A stretch of 64,000 bases of DNA from Rhynchobatus australiae (taxonomy: Eukaryota). Shown here piece by piece: positions 13,047-26,949 of this stretch. Each line of letters opens with the position of its first letter. The first letter of the stretch is position 1. Position numbers and translations under genes: made by a program. Location: the NCBI GenBank assembly GCA_034780895.1, contig JAUZTB010000011.1, positions 48,051,843-48,115,842 on the forward strand, given 5' to 3'. The notes beneath the pieces were generated by a model, which made no database searches, was not told the origin of the DNA, and was given only the letters and a program-made list of their open reading frames with translations.

Positions 13047-14099
13047 GCACCTTCTAGGAGCTTTGTGACTGGAGAATAACATATGTAAGAATATGCAAAA
13101 ATGCAGAGAAAACTACTTAAACAAAAATGTCAATGATAGTTGACAACAGACTTACTCCACAGTAAAAAACCTTGTTGTGTGCAGACTTTTAATATGAATA
13201 ATTCAAGGTTTGAGCAAAATAGGGTAATCATCATTTTAGTTTCTGATAAGGTTTCCAAAATGCTTTGCTCTAATTCAAATGAAATGAAGTCCAAGTATTT
13301 TTAAAACCATGTTTTTTTCCCCTTGCATTACCACAAGGTAGCTGATTGTGTTTGTTACTCCTCATTAAAAATCATGCCTTATCCTTTATGAATACAAGCT
13401 GGGTTTGTTCCTGTGCAGCAGCTTAAATCCACTCTTCCTGGGAGCTCTGCCAACTACACACATTGGCCCTGAGACCTGTTGCATGCTGGGACATTTTGCC
13501 CACAGGACAGATTTAGCTTTCTTTTTGTAAGAAACTGGCATACAGATAGAACAATTTCAGTTATTACTTTTCCCTGTTTCCTGTGTTTATCCGACAAAGA
13601 AAGACGTCCACAATAGCAAGATAGATACTTCTAAGGGAAAGAAATCCAATACCATATAAATAGAGGTGAAAGATGAATCTAAGACCATCTCCTCTCCTGA
13701 AGAAACTGTTTTAGTAACAGCAGTGTAGTTTACAGATCCAGGAAGTGCTGCTGTGACAATGACTGTTAGGAATGCTCAAAGACCATACACCATTACAGGC
13801 TACATTTTGTATCAAGAGGTCAATAACATAGTGTTGGTAAGTGTAGCTCTAACAACTGAGTATACCAGACACTGCTGTTTGTTGAGGGTTTACTGCCTAC
13901 AATAAAAAAATGTTGTTAGCACTACCTCTATTATTTGACTTAGAAAACAACAGCACTAAAATATTTACAGACACTACATTATGCTTGGGATACAGGTGCT
14001 TGAGGGAGCAGCTGGTTCAATGATCCAGAACAAACTAAACAGAGAATGGGGGGGGTCTCACGGCAGAGAAATGCTGGCATTAGAGTGTGGATGTGGATG

Positions 14100-15100
14100 T
14101 CTCGATGTTAGGTATTAGGTTGGTGAGCTCAAGAAGTATGAGTGGACTCAGCCATTTGCTTTGTACATACAATGAGTGTGAAATCTTGGTGCTGGTAGTA
14201 GGGCTGGGAAACTGAGACACTCATGACTCTACTAGTGCCACAAACTGCAGCTAAGATCTCATACAAGGATGTAGTGAAAATCCTGAAGGGTCATTTTAAT
14301 TTGGTGCTGTCAAAGATTTTTAAGAGCTACGAATTTATCACATACAACCAGGAATTTTGAGAAACAATGGTCAAGTAAGTAATCAGGCTAAAGGCACTGG
14401 AAAGAAGGAACAAAATAACCAGAGAATTAGACAAGGTTGAGGTATCCCAGAGTGAAAGACAGTTTATTATGATACAAAGGTATCATTTGGACAATGACTT
14501 GGCACTATCAGAATGATGTGACTCTTTGCAAACCTCAATAGCAAATAGTTCAGAGGAAAATTCAGTAAACTGTTTGAACAGAATGAGAAAGGTAGTTTAA
14601 GGTCAATAGCTGCACTATTGCAAGAGTCCACAAATAAAGTGAAAGACAAAAGGCTCAACAACAAGGTGCTCTAGTGAGATAATAGCAACTGAGTTTGGCA
14701 TAGACAGTACTGATGGAGAAGATGAAACTGCACAAGCTCAGTGTGTTCAATGCTTTGTTGCATACAGAATTGATAAAAGGCCTGAATCACGTTCAGATTA
14801 AGTTGGAAGCACTGAGGGAGGACTGCATTGCAACGTAAAGAGAATTCAAAAACTTTGAGTACCCTATGTGGGATATTATCACAGATATCGACTTACTAAT
14901 GGCACCCCAATACAGCATAGCCAGAACTAGACAAAGCAAAATGCAAACAGTTCTGACAGAATTGAGAGCCTTGGAGGTGATCCAGCAAGGGAATGTCAGA
15001 GGAGATCACTTTGTGACTTCAAAAGGGACAGTAGAGAAGAGGAAAGGGTCTGGTGCCTGCAGGACCACAGAAGATTAGAATGCAAGGCTGAGTCAAAACA
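14100..15100 (+). mobile_element. Ty3/Gypsy LTR retrotransposon internal relic (gag and pol fragments)
   Basis: From 14208 the frame reads ETETLMTLLVPQTAAKISYKDVVKILKGHFNLVLSKIFKSYEFITYNQEF*ETMVK*VIRLKAL, matching the Gypsy gag pattern (L..P.KP...SY.EL...LK.HF.P....ERY.F..RNQ..GE....Y...L..L). KFSKLFEQNEKGSLR downstream resembles the protease-RT junction. Confidence 0.65.
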
Positions 15101-15685
15101 GAGGCACAAAGATGGAGAATCTTATGATCAAAGTAGAAACTATCATTGAGTTTATACTGTCCAGCAAGGTTCCAAATTCAATGTAGTTAATAAGAGTCAT
15201 TCACCCTGTGTTATGTTCATGCAAATAGCTGGCACTTAGAATTTGTAATGCAATGTGTTCAGAGTTATGAAGACAATTATGTTGAGGTAACATCTGAGGA
15301 GCAGGATGTGAGACCAAATATGTACGAAGCTTATCTGGAGACCTGATCTATAGGAATTATCAGTATTTGGAGTAGATACTTCAGAGATGTTATATGCAGC
15401 TCATTGTGCAATATTTCATTGGCAAAAGGACTAAGAGAGTGAATTTATAACTGATTCAATTTATTTTGTCTTTAAATAATTAATTGTATAATCTTATATA
15501 TGTGAAGTTAATGATTTGTCTAGGCTTATTACTTACTATAGGGGAAGCAGTATAGTATATACAAGTATAAGAGTATCTTCAAGATCTGAGTGCGCCATTG
15601 AAACAACTTTATGGTATTTTGTTGTAGAAAACACTGATGTAGGATGAAGAGTTTACTGGCTTCAGAAAAGCCTTTGCTATTATTT

Positions 15686-15844
15686 GAAACATAGAAAACC
15701 TACAGCACAATTCAGGCCCTTCGGCCCACAAAGCTGTGCCGAACATGTCCCTACCTTAGAAATTGCTAGGCTTACCTGTAGCCCTCTATTTTTCTCAGCT
15801 CCATGTACCTATCCAAAAGTCTCTTAAAAGACCCTATTGTATCC
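15686..15844 (-). mobile_element. CR1 LINE extreme 3' end, well preserved
   Basis: gaaacatagaaaacctacagcacaattcaggcccttcggcccacaaagctgtgccgaac...aaaagtctcttaaaagaccct is the antisense of a CR1 3' UTR with a (ttctatg)-type tail; CpGs are retained. Confidence 0.8.
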
Positions 15845-18800
15845 AGTATGCAGTAAACAGCAACACCAAAGAGCCTACAAATACCACTGTATAGATGACA
15901 AATATACAATGCTCTCTGGAGCTTGCCTCAGTCCTCAGTATGTCCTCAGTATTTACAGTAGCTGCCAACCTTATAAATCAAAAGTTGTTACTGTTTTGGT
16001 CAGCTAGATTTAAAACATCTTTCTTGTCTACCTTTGCCATACCCCACTCCCTAACTACCCACTATTTGGAATGGGGTTGAAAACCTTGAGGCAATGCACC
16101 AGGAGTAAATAGCCCTTCATAAACTGTGGAAAGAACAGACACACAAACTACCCATCCACCCACCCTACCAGTCACCTCCTGCCCATCTGTGAAGGAGTCT
16201 GCTGTTTCCATATTGGCCCCATTAGTCACCTCAGAACCCACTAAACTGTAGTGGAAACAAATCACCATTGATCCTGGGGGACTGCCTAAGAAGAAGATGA
16301 CTCACCAACAAGCCTCTGCTAATGCCATTCATGAAAAGGCTCTCTGGTAACCAGCGAGAAATACAGGGTGTTTCAGCCCACTGCTCTTTCCTATTCTGGA
16401 GCAGATTCCTTTTGTAATTATGTATTAATGATTTTGTAAATAGATCAGAGTTCCTGTGCTGACTCAGTCCAATAGAAGCGTAAAAGCAATTGCTATAGAG
16501 TGGACTTACAATTTTGCTAGAGTCAACAGAGAAAGTCTTTCTGTACATTTCCAAAATTGCTAATACAGTGACCCCCATTTCACAACTTGGCACTTGCTTT
16601 CCGGAGGTTCAAGCTTCCTACCACTGCTCCAAAGCAAAGGTCCCTAAAGGAAGTGTAATGCAAGCAATTATTGTTTGTGCCAGAGTGTAAAACCATTATC
16701 TTATTTCTACTCTCTTCTTCCAACATCCCAATTTATTGCAACATTGTAGCCATACAACACCATGTGGAAAATTTTGAAATTAGAAGGAAATTAGATGTGA
16801 AGAAAAACATATTTTAAAACAATTTGGAAGTTTTCCACCTTAAATGATGCCATGTCAACACTATCAGAATATACCAGCTCACAAACTCCACATTTTTCTC
16901 TATTTTTAAGTCAATGGAAAATGAATTACATCTGGCATTGGTCAGGGGCAGTACTTACATATGCATAGCACTGACTTAAATGGTTTCTGATTTAACAAAG
17001 GAGCACACTTGCACAGTCAATTAGACTGAAGATCAGGTAGTGNNNNNNNNNNNNNNNNNNNNNNNNNNNNNNNNNTTTTGCTTCAGTCACACAATAATTG
17101 GTAAGGTACCAATATTTTCAGTGTAGTTATTCAATGAATTGCTGCTCTTAGGTCAGAAAAAATTACTAAGAATGTTCTTGCACTGATATGCCTTCACATC
17201 GTACTCAAACATATACAGCTATCACACCAAGATATTAGATTTATTCCCAGCAATATTTCACCCATGTATTAGATTCTCCCCAAAATTCTTTCCCCAGAGC
17301 CAAGTTTGGAATGATAAAAATCTTTAGCCTAATTGTACTGTTGACTGTTTAATATAATTTAACCAAAATGTAATGAAATTCTCAGTGTACTTGATTGAAA
17401 TTCTTGTGACAAGCCTGGGTGCTGCCAATGTCATTTGATTGTATGAGTCCAAATTATATTTTTAGGAAACTTTGCCCCTTCCCCTCACATTATGGTGCAC
17501 CCTCCCCATGATTTACCATCTGTCAAATCTGCCAAATAAGATAAAATCCCAGACTCCGTTTTAAATCACAAGCCTCCAGATCCCTTCATGTTCCTTCTTT
17601 CATAAAAGCAACTCCCACTTTCAAGAGAGAAAAGGTTAAAAAGAGAAAACTGGAAACAAAATGGTAAAAAGAAATCAAAAGATTTTTAATACTAAAAGTA
17701 TTTCTGTGCTGATATCATATGAATACAACAGCTATAAATCAGTCATTATTACCAATGCCTTAGGTGGAAAATAAAAACCATATTTTTGCATATCAGATTG
17801 CAATCACCTGTGCCCTATCTTCTCTGGAACATTGATCCTGGTGATAGTAAAGGCAGAGAGGTCATCTTCCTAAAGCAGATAATAGCTGCCATGCCAATGC
17901 TGTCCCAGCCTTAGTGCAGGTTGCAGGTTCTTAAAGCAAAATTGGTTTTGAAATGACTGCATAAAAATACTGTCTTCTGTTGCAGCCCAGTCTTGTCCCT
18001 CTCTGCTTCTTCTCCTAATGCAAAGACCTTCCAACAGATCAAAAGAAGCTAGAACTCCTGAAGCCTCAATCGACAAGCTGCATTGTGAAACCTGATTGCT
18101 CTCTGGTTTCATATACAAAGCCACAGACCAGAAGGTCGCTTTGGGATCATGCTGCCATCAAGAGAAAGTGGAAGAAAGTAATATTCACAAACAAAATATG
18201 TGACTGTTAAGTTCAATCATTTCTGTAAATTCATTTCAATTTAAATGACTGAGGCTACCTTTGAATTTTGTTGCACTTGATGCCAGTATATATTGATGTA
18301 CAGGCCTGGTGGCATTGCAGATTTAACTGGGAAACACACATACAGCTTTCAGCCAATGACCCTCATTTTCATGCATCTCACTAAGTGCATTTTCAGAAGC
18401 CTTCACTGTTGACAGAGAGAGTAAAGACTGCACAGCACTGCATCAAAAGAATCAATTCATGGTGCATCCCTGCTACCCAGACGGTTTCAAGTGCTTGAGT
18501 TTTAAATCATAAGCCTACAGATCCCTGTAACCTGGAAACTCTGCTTAATGTTCCTTCTTTCACCTTCCATCTTATTTACATGTACCATGATTCATGAAGG
18601 GAGTTCAATGAACCATTTTTATGTTTATTTTATTGCCATGGCAACTGAAACAGGCACACAGATATACAAGTTAAAAAAAGAAAACTAAAGAACCAAAAAG
18701 GAGAACTTTCACCTTTTAAACAATGAACTTTCTTTAAATCTTTGCAAGCTATAAAACTCAAATTTTGTTCTACTTTCTCCTTTTATAATTAGTTTCCACA

Positions 18801-18944
18801 TCACAATATTGCAAGTCCTCCCCAATTAAAGTTGGGTGCAGAGGAAAGGGGAGAATGGGAACTAAAAGCATCCAAGAGAACTCTTGTTTTTTTTTTCTAT
18901 ATCTATCTATTGTGAGAAATGTAAAATTTCTTTTGATTTCTGCT

Positions 18945-19200
18945 TCAAATGCTGGAAGCACTCAGCAGGTCAGGCAGCATCAGTGGAGAGAGGAACAGTC
19001 GGTGTTTCATGGTCAATGACCTTTCATCAGAACTGAAAAAGGAGAAGACAAATATGCCTTTATTAGCAAAGGGTGAGAGGTGACAAGAACAGGGATTGTC
19101 TCCAATTGGGTGCAGGTGAAAGTTGCCAAGGTGAATTACTTTTAAAACTGCCAGTTGGAACAAAATGACACAACCAAATTGAAACAAAGGCACAGCCACA
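18945..19200 (-). mobile_element. Penelope-like pseudo-LTR fragment
   Basis: tgctggaagcactcagcaggtcaggcagcatc...tttcatcagaactg terminal motif shared with 28020-28113, 30650-30770 and 41915-41990. Confidence 0.7.
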
Positions 19201-19209
19201 TCTGAGGAA

Positions 19210-19485
19210 TAGCCAACATCCCCTTGACTCACAGGAATTTCTGGCCTGTGGCCGTTCAAACTGGAAGGAACATCTGGGATGGCATGGAGAACTGAGTCAA
19301 TTCATCAGGCACACATGGAAGCCCAGCAAAATTGCAGAAGGAGTGCATCACCTCCCACACTACCTGATCATCTACACTGTGAAGCACTCCCTGCCGTACA
19401 TGAAGCAAAATCTGTAGTTCCCATATCAGGCATCCCAGAGTCCCAGAAAAGAAGTGAAAACAAGTCTGGAGAGATTGCTAAAGGA
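19210..19485 (+). mobile_element. RTE-clade LINE 3' fragment
   Basis: Degenerate NIP.DS.E.LA..RSNWR..IWDG segment followed by CRT*SKICSSHI, the C-terminal CxxC..C.S.IG motif typical of RTE ORFs. Confidence 0.65.
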
Positions 19486-22443
19486 GGAAGATAAAATATT
19501 CTTTATTAACATTAAATTCATCTGCTTAAACTCAGGCAAGACGTTATGGAGCATGAAATTAACTTTTTTTTTCCAGCTTGTGTTCACCAGTCACAGGAGA
19601 ATAACTTAAATGGTTTCTCCAAAGAACAATGTCCCAGCAAATAGTTATTTCTCTGATTCAAATTCCAAGGCTTTGTTTCGTAGAAAAACATATGAGATTT
19701 GGTAGGATAACGTGTTAAAGTCGTTTGCGGCTTTCTGACACAGCAGTTACAAAGTCCGCCAAATTGACTAACAATATCTCATACTTGATTCTTGTTTTGT
19801 TCTGTGTTAGTTGATCTCAGGCAGGAGTTACATAATAGATAACTGCTGAACCTAATAAACCTTTAAGGCATTGAAGAAATGACACAGCTTCAAATTAAAC
19901 TTCTTTCAATTGAGGTTCTTTAATGCCACTATTAAGCTGTAGGGAAGTAATTGTGCACATGTGCTTGTGTATATATATGCCTACACTGTCGACACAGCAG
20001 AGCCAGGTCTCCAATCGCCTTGCCATTGAACCAAGGCTGTTTGTTCAACTTTCACCCCAGGTAAAAACAATTTAGCTACTGGCATCATCCAACACTCAGA
20101 GCTAGAGAAGGTTTGTCCTGAAGGATTGTCAAGGTCAAAGTTGAAGAAGGATGATTAGCACCTTCTGGCATTGTAACAATGGATTGTTTCACTTGCCTGA
20201 GAAAGTTGTTATTGGTCTTAGTATGCATACTCTTCTTTCTGTGCCGATTGTGCAATCCTATGTCACTCATGTCCTAAACACTGCTACCACTTTACAAAGT
20301 ACCCCCATCATTGACCTCCATCAGAACTTTTGCTCAGCTGACAAATGCCTACTCAATTAGCATTTTGAAATTATAATCCTGCCATAAACTGGCTTTTGAG
20401 TCAGTTATCCACCTATGAATACATTCACTTCTATCTACTTGGAATAATGAGGAACTTATTGCTACTCCCTGCACTAAGGTGCAAAATTATTCATTGCAAA
20501 CCATTTGAACATGGGTAGGATTGTACTTTTGTCCCTCCATGGGATGCTTTAGAAGTCCTTCAATGGTTCAAGGCTGCAGTGGATTGAACTCTAAACTATG
20601 GAATTTCTGAAAGTCTTGTGTGATTCTTCTGCTCCACCCTGATGTTAAATTTAAAGTGCTTTTGACATCTGTGACCACGGTGATGTAATGGTGAAACAGA
20701 AAATGGCTGTTTCTAGTTTAAATCAAGCTTTTGTGTCATAAAATTATATGGCTTTTACTGTTATGGACTGATGTTTACTACCTCACAGTCAAAGAAAGTT
20801 CTTTGGTTACAGACTGACAGACAGACTACAGATTGAAGCAGTTCTCCTTTTGTTTCTCCAAGTATGTCCATATTGTGATCCAGAATGTCCCATTGTTATT
20901 GTGCAGACTGAAACAGACAATCCTTACTTATACTATTTCCATAATGGACTGTCTGAAAGCCACTTTCAATTTTGATACCAATGTGTTGTGTACTTGAAGG
21001 CAAAATATAACTTGCAAATTGATCATTAATTGGTCTGTATAAAGGTGATCACTTATGCCAGGCCATGTTTTAAAATGCACCAAACTGTGCTGCTCCCCAG
21101 AGGAATTAAAGAGACACTGCCGAAAGTACATAAATACTACATTACCACTAACCCACAAAGTTAGTATAAATTAAAACCTAACTAGCATGTTAGGCAGTTT
21201 TAACGGATAATATTCTCAGACATGTTCTACACATTATGCACATCATCTCAAATATCTCATCAGTTAGATCAATGGTTAATCAGCCATCCCTTTGTGAAAC
21301 ATCCTTCCTAACAAAAAGACCCCAAACATTTACTGGATTAATACAATCCCATTTACCTCGGCATGACACATAAAAACTGAATAATGGTAACCAGACATCA
21401 ATTCTGAGTAACAGTAAAAGAGGACTTTATGGAATAGATTTTGACTTGATGCCCTGGCAGAATATGGTCATTATGGGGTGGTCATCCATAACATAATCAT
21501 GTCAAATTTCTAGTGTCAGGGCAGCATGCTGTAAGATCTGTGCCTTTAACCACTCATTTATTCCCATGTGTAAAATGGCTGTTGGGTTTGCCTATAACTG
21601 TAATTGCATTTCAAAAGATAATTAATCTTTTGTTTAAAGCTTTGGGCTTCCCTGAGGGCATGAAATGTGCTTTATAAATCTAAGTTCTGTCAAAAATTAT
21701 TTCAGAATAATTCAAGGATAAAGATTTCTCCCATGAACATCTGCAACTTTTCAACTATCTTAATTTCAAAACACAAGCAGCATAAAAAAGGGTAATTTGC
21801 AGAATAACTTTATTGACATTATTCCATCTGGAGTATCAAGAGTTGATGAGAGGGATGTTCCAGTTTTCCCAATGATGGATTATCCGATCTGCAGTTTCCC
21901 ACAAATGGGTCTGAAGTTTTGGTGAGTTAACAGAAAATGGGGCTCATGCCTCCCAATATGAATCCATTACTAACCCACTGTAGTTTTCCCCAGGGGCTGT
22001 CACCTTCCATCAGAGGAAATTTTAAGTAATACTCCCATCTCTGATAGGTTAACTGCCACTGATCTGGAGAAAATTATAAAATAGGCAATGGTTTTAAAAG
22101 TAAGAAGCCAGATGAAGATTTGATGTGTAGAAGGTTGAAGCAGCAAGACTAGTTTGAGGTTTGTCACTAGTTGGAAGTGCTCCATTAAGGTCTTTGGGCA
22201 GTAGTCAGACCTGGATGTACTGATGGCACTAAACCCTATAAAGAGGCTGGTTGTCTGGTGGCCAGTGAATCTTCATCACCCCAAGAACACTGTGTAAAAA
22301 GAGGTTCAATGACTTCTTTAAATGACCATCGCAAATCCTCTTCCACTCACTCAGCTTTACTCAACACATATGCTTTGTATTTTAACAAATCGATAATAGT
22401 GAAATTCATTTATTCAAAGGGTATACGCCATAGTTGAGCATCT

Positions 22444-22850
22444 TTGCCCTCCTCCACCGACACCATCTGCACATCAACCACACACTCCTGCCACTGGGTC
22501 TTGTCTGCCCACCATACCTCCTTTATTTGGTTCAACTCTTCACCTTCCTTTCTTATCAGATTCCATAATCTGCAGCCCTTTGTTGTCTCCACTTATCACC
22601 TCCCAGCTTCTGTCGCTATCTCAACACTTTCCTCCTTCACCTGACTCCATTTGCCAATCAACCCCTCTTGAATCCACCAATTTACCAGCTCTTGCTCCAC
22701 TGCTCCTCTCACTTCTTCATACTGGCTATCTCCCATCTATTCTTTCAGTCCTGACTAAGAGTCTTGACCGAAAAAGTCAACTGTCCATTTCCCTCCACAG
22801 ATGCTCATTTTTTGCTCGGATTCCAGCATCTGCAGTCTCCTGTGTTTATA
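22444..22850 (+). mobile_element. Penelope-like element 3' fragment with pseudo-LTR
   Basis: gtcttgtctgcccaccatacctcc..cttatcagattccataatctgcagccctttg..pyrimidine-rich tract..cagtcctgac..gattccagcatctgcagtctc. Confidence 0.75.
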
Positions 22851-25800
22851 CACCATAAAGTTTGTCACCCATGGCTACATTGGTCTAGGTGTAATCAATG
22901 GAAATCTAATATTTAGGTGAAGCAAAGTTAGATGCTGGAGAATAATTAGATCAGGATACTTAGAGTTAATTCTTTGTTCAAAATTATTAAGGCCAGTGAA
23001 GGTCCAGGGGCAGTAATGATCTCACTGAGCAAGGCCAAAGGTAATCATCAGGCAACTATACTGCATGCCTTTTGAGTATAACATCAAGATGGAAGAGGTT
23101 CAAGAGATGGGCAGTTAACACCGACTCCCCAGAGTATAGGGCTGCATTGATGTGGATTATTATGCATGGATGGCACAAATCCTATAAGAAGGCTGTGCAA
23201 GCTTGCCTTCACCAGCCCAAGACCACAGTGCAAGAAGGAATTTATGAGTAAGGTCTATCAACATAGTAGGGAAGCAGCAGGATTTTGACAAGCAATGAAT
23301 TTTTAGGCTGCATGACATCAACAGAGTCAGGGGCTTATGTTAATTCCCGGGTAAAAGACTGTGGGAAGCAGCTAGTTTCTGGTCCACCTATCAAGGAATC
23401 CATGGTGAATTTAACCAGCAGCAACGTTACTAATCTGCTGTCTCACCCTTCAATTGGAATTGTCTTTCAAATACCAGTTGGAACATGGCAGGTGCGGGCA
23501 TCTAAATAGGCACTGGGAAGGTGGTTGTAAGAGCGAGCTGGGGAAGTCCAGGGCATAGGGCACCCAAATTCTCCTTGTGGATCTGGGAGGAATATTTCTG
23601 CTTCTGCAGGCCTAACAAAAAGAAGTAGGCTAACTTACCTCTCAAGCTGCCATCAAATCCTGACTCTCTTCAGATCAATGGGAAACCCACAGAAGCTTCA
23701 TTGCTCAGGCCCCAAGTTAATGCAGTTTTAGAGTCAGGTCGACGTTATCAAGTTGTGATCTGGTGCCTTTTTGGCCAATTCAGAAGAGCAAGTTACAATT
23801 GGACATGATGAATTCCAGCTGGTAAACTGGTGGGTTAAGTTACCAGAAGCAGTTTATTTGTCCAAATGTCACACTTTTACTGGATGGGAAGGGTTAATAT
23901 CCTTATGCTCCCTAGCCGAAAACGTCTGGTAGCAAGTCTCAAGTTCAGTCAAGAGCAAGGATCCAAGGCATCATGGATGCAAGATTTCAGCCAATCTCAA
24001 AGGAAAAGTTTGGAGAAATATGAATTGAAATAAAATAGCTTAAAATGTATGTTTATGAGTCTAGGATAGGTGCAGCTGTGGAGAGGAGAGGAGGAGAGGG
24101 GAGAGTGAGAATGAATGGCTCTCCACCACAAGGTGGTGTTATAGTCAATAGTCACATAGCAGCCAACAACACACTGGAGATCTTACTTAGTCACCACAAA
24201 ATGAACATTACTGTATAGTGGTAGAGGTGATTATTGACAGGCAAATTTGAGTGTATTATTGCAATTCTCCCAGGTATAAGGGATAAGACAATTCACAACA
24301 TTCCAGAAGTTTTCTTGGAAATATTTAACTTAATTTTGAAACATTAAATTCAAATTAATTATGTGAATTGCAAACATTGATTATCAGAATGTTTCCCTGA
24401 TTAAGCAGCATTCCAAATTATATTTTATAAAACTGTATAGCCGGATTACACAAATAGAAATTAAAAAAAGATCTCGTCTGCACTTCTATACATCAAGAAC
24501 CAAAGATCTAATTCCACATCACTGCCTCCTCCGTTTCTCACAGAGCTTGTATCCTCTCCCAAGCCTGAGCTGCTCTCTGGGGAAAACTCAGGCATGTCAA
24601 CTTGGCAGCAATCACCATTCCCAGGAAATCGGCACAACGTTCACACTACCATCAAATAACAGGGTAACATTCTCATACATTTTACTCATTTCCTCACTCC
24701 CTCACCCATGGACAGCTCTTAAAAGGTTTCAGCCTGTGTGAAGAACTGCATCACATTTATCATGTTTTCTCTTATAACCACTGTGAACTTGAGAGTCAAA
24801 TGGAGAGCATACGACTTTTATATGGATTTTTCACATTAACATACTATGTTTTTACTTTAACAATAATAAAAAAAAGCTTTGAACACATGTAACCTACAGT
24901 GATTGTTTCTTCCTCATACTTCTGAGGAACCACAAAAAGAAAGTATTGGGATAAAAAGATTGAAGACTGTATCATCTAAGAGGTTGCACCTGGGCTGGAG
25001 GAAGCAGCAATGAATGTCATCAATAGCCACATCATTTGAGAGTTGTCTTTTATCAAATCTGAGGCCCTTGCTTGGTTAAGGAGATAATCTAGCTTCTCAG
25101 TTCTGGTCTAATGGAACTCACACGATTCTTGGCATAAGCACCAAAATTTTGTTGAAATAACACATAGGAGTTCTATTTCTTTTGCATTTTATTAACCCAG
25201 CACTAATGTGGAGTTAATTTATTCTTCAATTCTAGATCAGCGGTTTTAAATGATTTAAAAAAATGTTTAGAGTTAACTATATCTAAATTAACACATTTTA
25301 CTGAAGTTTTTACAAATAGAACAACTTCTTAATATACTGTAATTCCTCCAAAATTTAAAACAATATTCAATGGCATGATTAATGACATCACATTTTTCTT
25401 TTCACCCTAATGAATAAGTTAATTTATGAAATTGGGACTTAATTTCATGCAGATTTTTTGGCTTGCCTTGAGGAATATGTTGGTAATTGCTTTGCTTTAT
25501 TATCAAGCATACGTAGCAATGCTATACCAACTTCAAAAATGCAAACAATTAATCTGATCTAAAATACCATGATGCAGCAATCAATATAGAGTCCCAACTA
25601 TTTGTAAAACACTGTCTAATATATCAGGCTTTCCTTTAGCTCTGAGATGTCAGCTACTGGAATCTATTGCATATGCAAAAAGCTCCAAAGTTTTTTTGCT
25701 GTTGCACCCCTAAAACATAGTAAGTTGCAAAACTGTGACAAAGTTAATCATATCAGGAAAATGTCTAAGTTCTGTCCGAGAACATCCCTACACTTGGTCA

Positions 25801-26319
25801 AATAGCTCAAATTTTGGGGTCTCATTCGACACCAAAAGATATCATGTGAAGATTATTTGCTGTCCAATGGAACTCATTGCATCTCTCAAGCTGCCTACTG
25901 GAATCTAAGGGCTTTTAACCATGATTCATAACATTTTGGCTCCAAATTCTATCCCATTTTTTCAACACTGCTAGAATACACACCCTGCCATTCACCCCCG
26001 ATAATCCTGCCAGTGCTGACCAAAGAGAACTACAGGTCTGACTATTGATATGTTTGCTTTCTTTTAACTTCGTAAAGTGGGAATTAGATTTTTCTGATAT
26101 ATAGTTGAAAGGCTATTACAGCAAAAAAAAAGTACAGGAATGTTCTATGACTAGAAGAGAATGAGATGGATTGAATTGCCCAAGTGGTCAGAAGACTCTG
26201 TGTTTCTGACACCTTCAGAGCTTGTGTATATGATCAAGGTATATATCCTACCATAATATAGCAGAGTAAGTATATCTTGCCACAATATAGCCCTTGTAAG
26301 GGCTGCTATCTTTTAAGTG

Positions 26320-26590
26320 AACTGTTAAACCAAGGCCTTGCTCCTGTGATGAGAAAAGATCCACGACATTCAATGACGCCCTGATTAACATGCTTCCCTT
26401 CAACCATTACCGACGGAAACAGATTAACTGATCATAGAGTTGTTTGCAGTTCTTAGGGCTTTCTCTGTGTTGATTCATTGGAGCATGTGGCTACAATGCA
26501 ATTGTGACCACATTTCAAGATGAAATTAGCTGTAAAATTGTTTGTGACATCTTGAAGATAAAAGCAAACACGTTATGCAGTATAAACTGG
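26320..26590 (+). mobile_element. Deu-domain SINE (SacSINE1-like), decayed
   Basis: ctgttaaaccaaggcc..aaaagatccac..cccttcaacca..acagattaactgatcat..ggctgtaaa-like..tgacatcttgaag; mirrors the minus-strand copies at 31070 and 36560. Confidence 0.55.
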
Positions 26591-26949
26591 ATATGGATGC
26601 TTACACCTCCAGGGCCAGGAAAGAGTCTGTTATGCTTTCATTTATGCCTTCATTCCATCGCAACCATGTGAATATTGGCATAAGCAACAACAGACAAAAC
26701 ATACATTAGTTTTAGAATACAGTGACTGCATATGATATAACAAATTGGCAGTAAATATAAAGCAGTAATTCAATCTCATACTTTTACAAGTATTCCATAA
26801 ACCACAGGAGCAAAACCCAAATGTTTTATCAGAAATGTTCGGTTGAATTGTTGCTTTGTAGTTCACTGGCAACCATTTATTAACCTATAACAGAAGTACA
26901 TGACCTGTTCAAACTCAGGGCCACAATACTCCAGGAACTATCTTGAAAA

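Noticed and set aside
24126-24141. CTCF-like motif CCACAAGGTGGTGTTA
   Set aside because: Only a partial match, lacking the core GGC, and unsupported without ChIP or conservation data.
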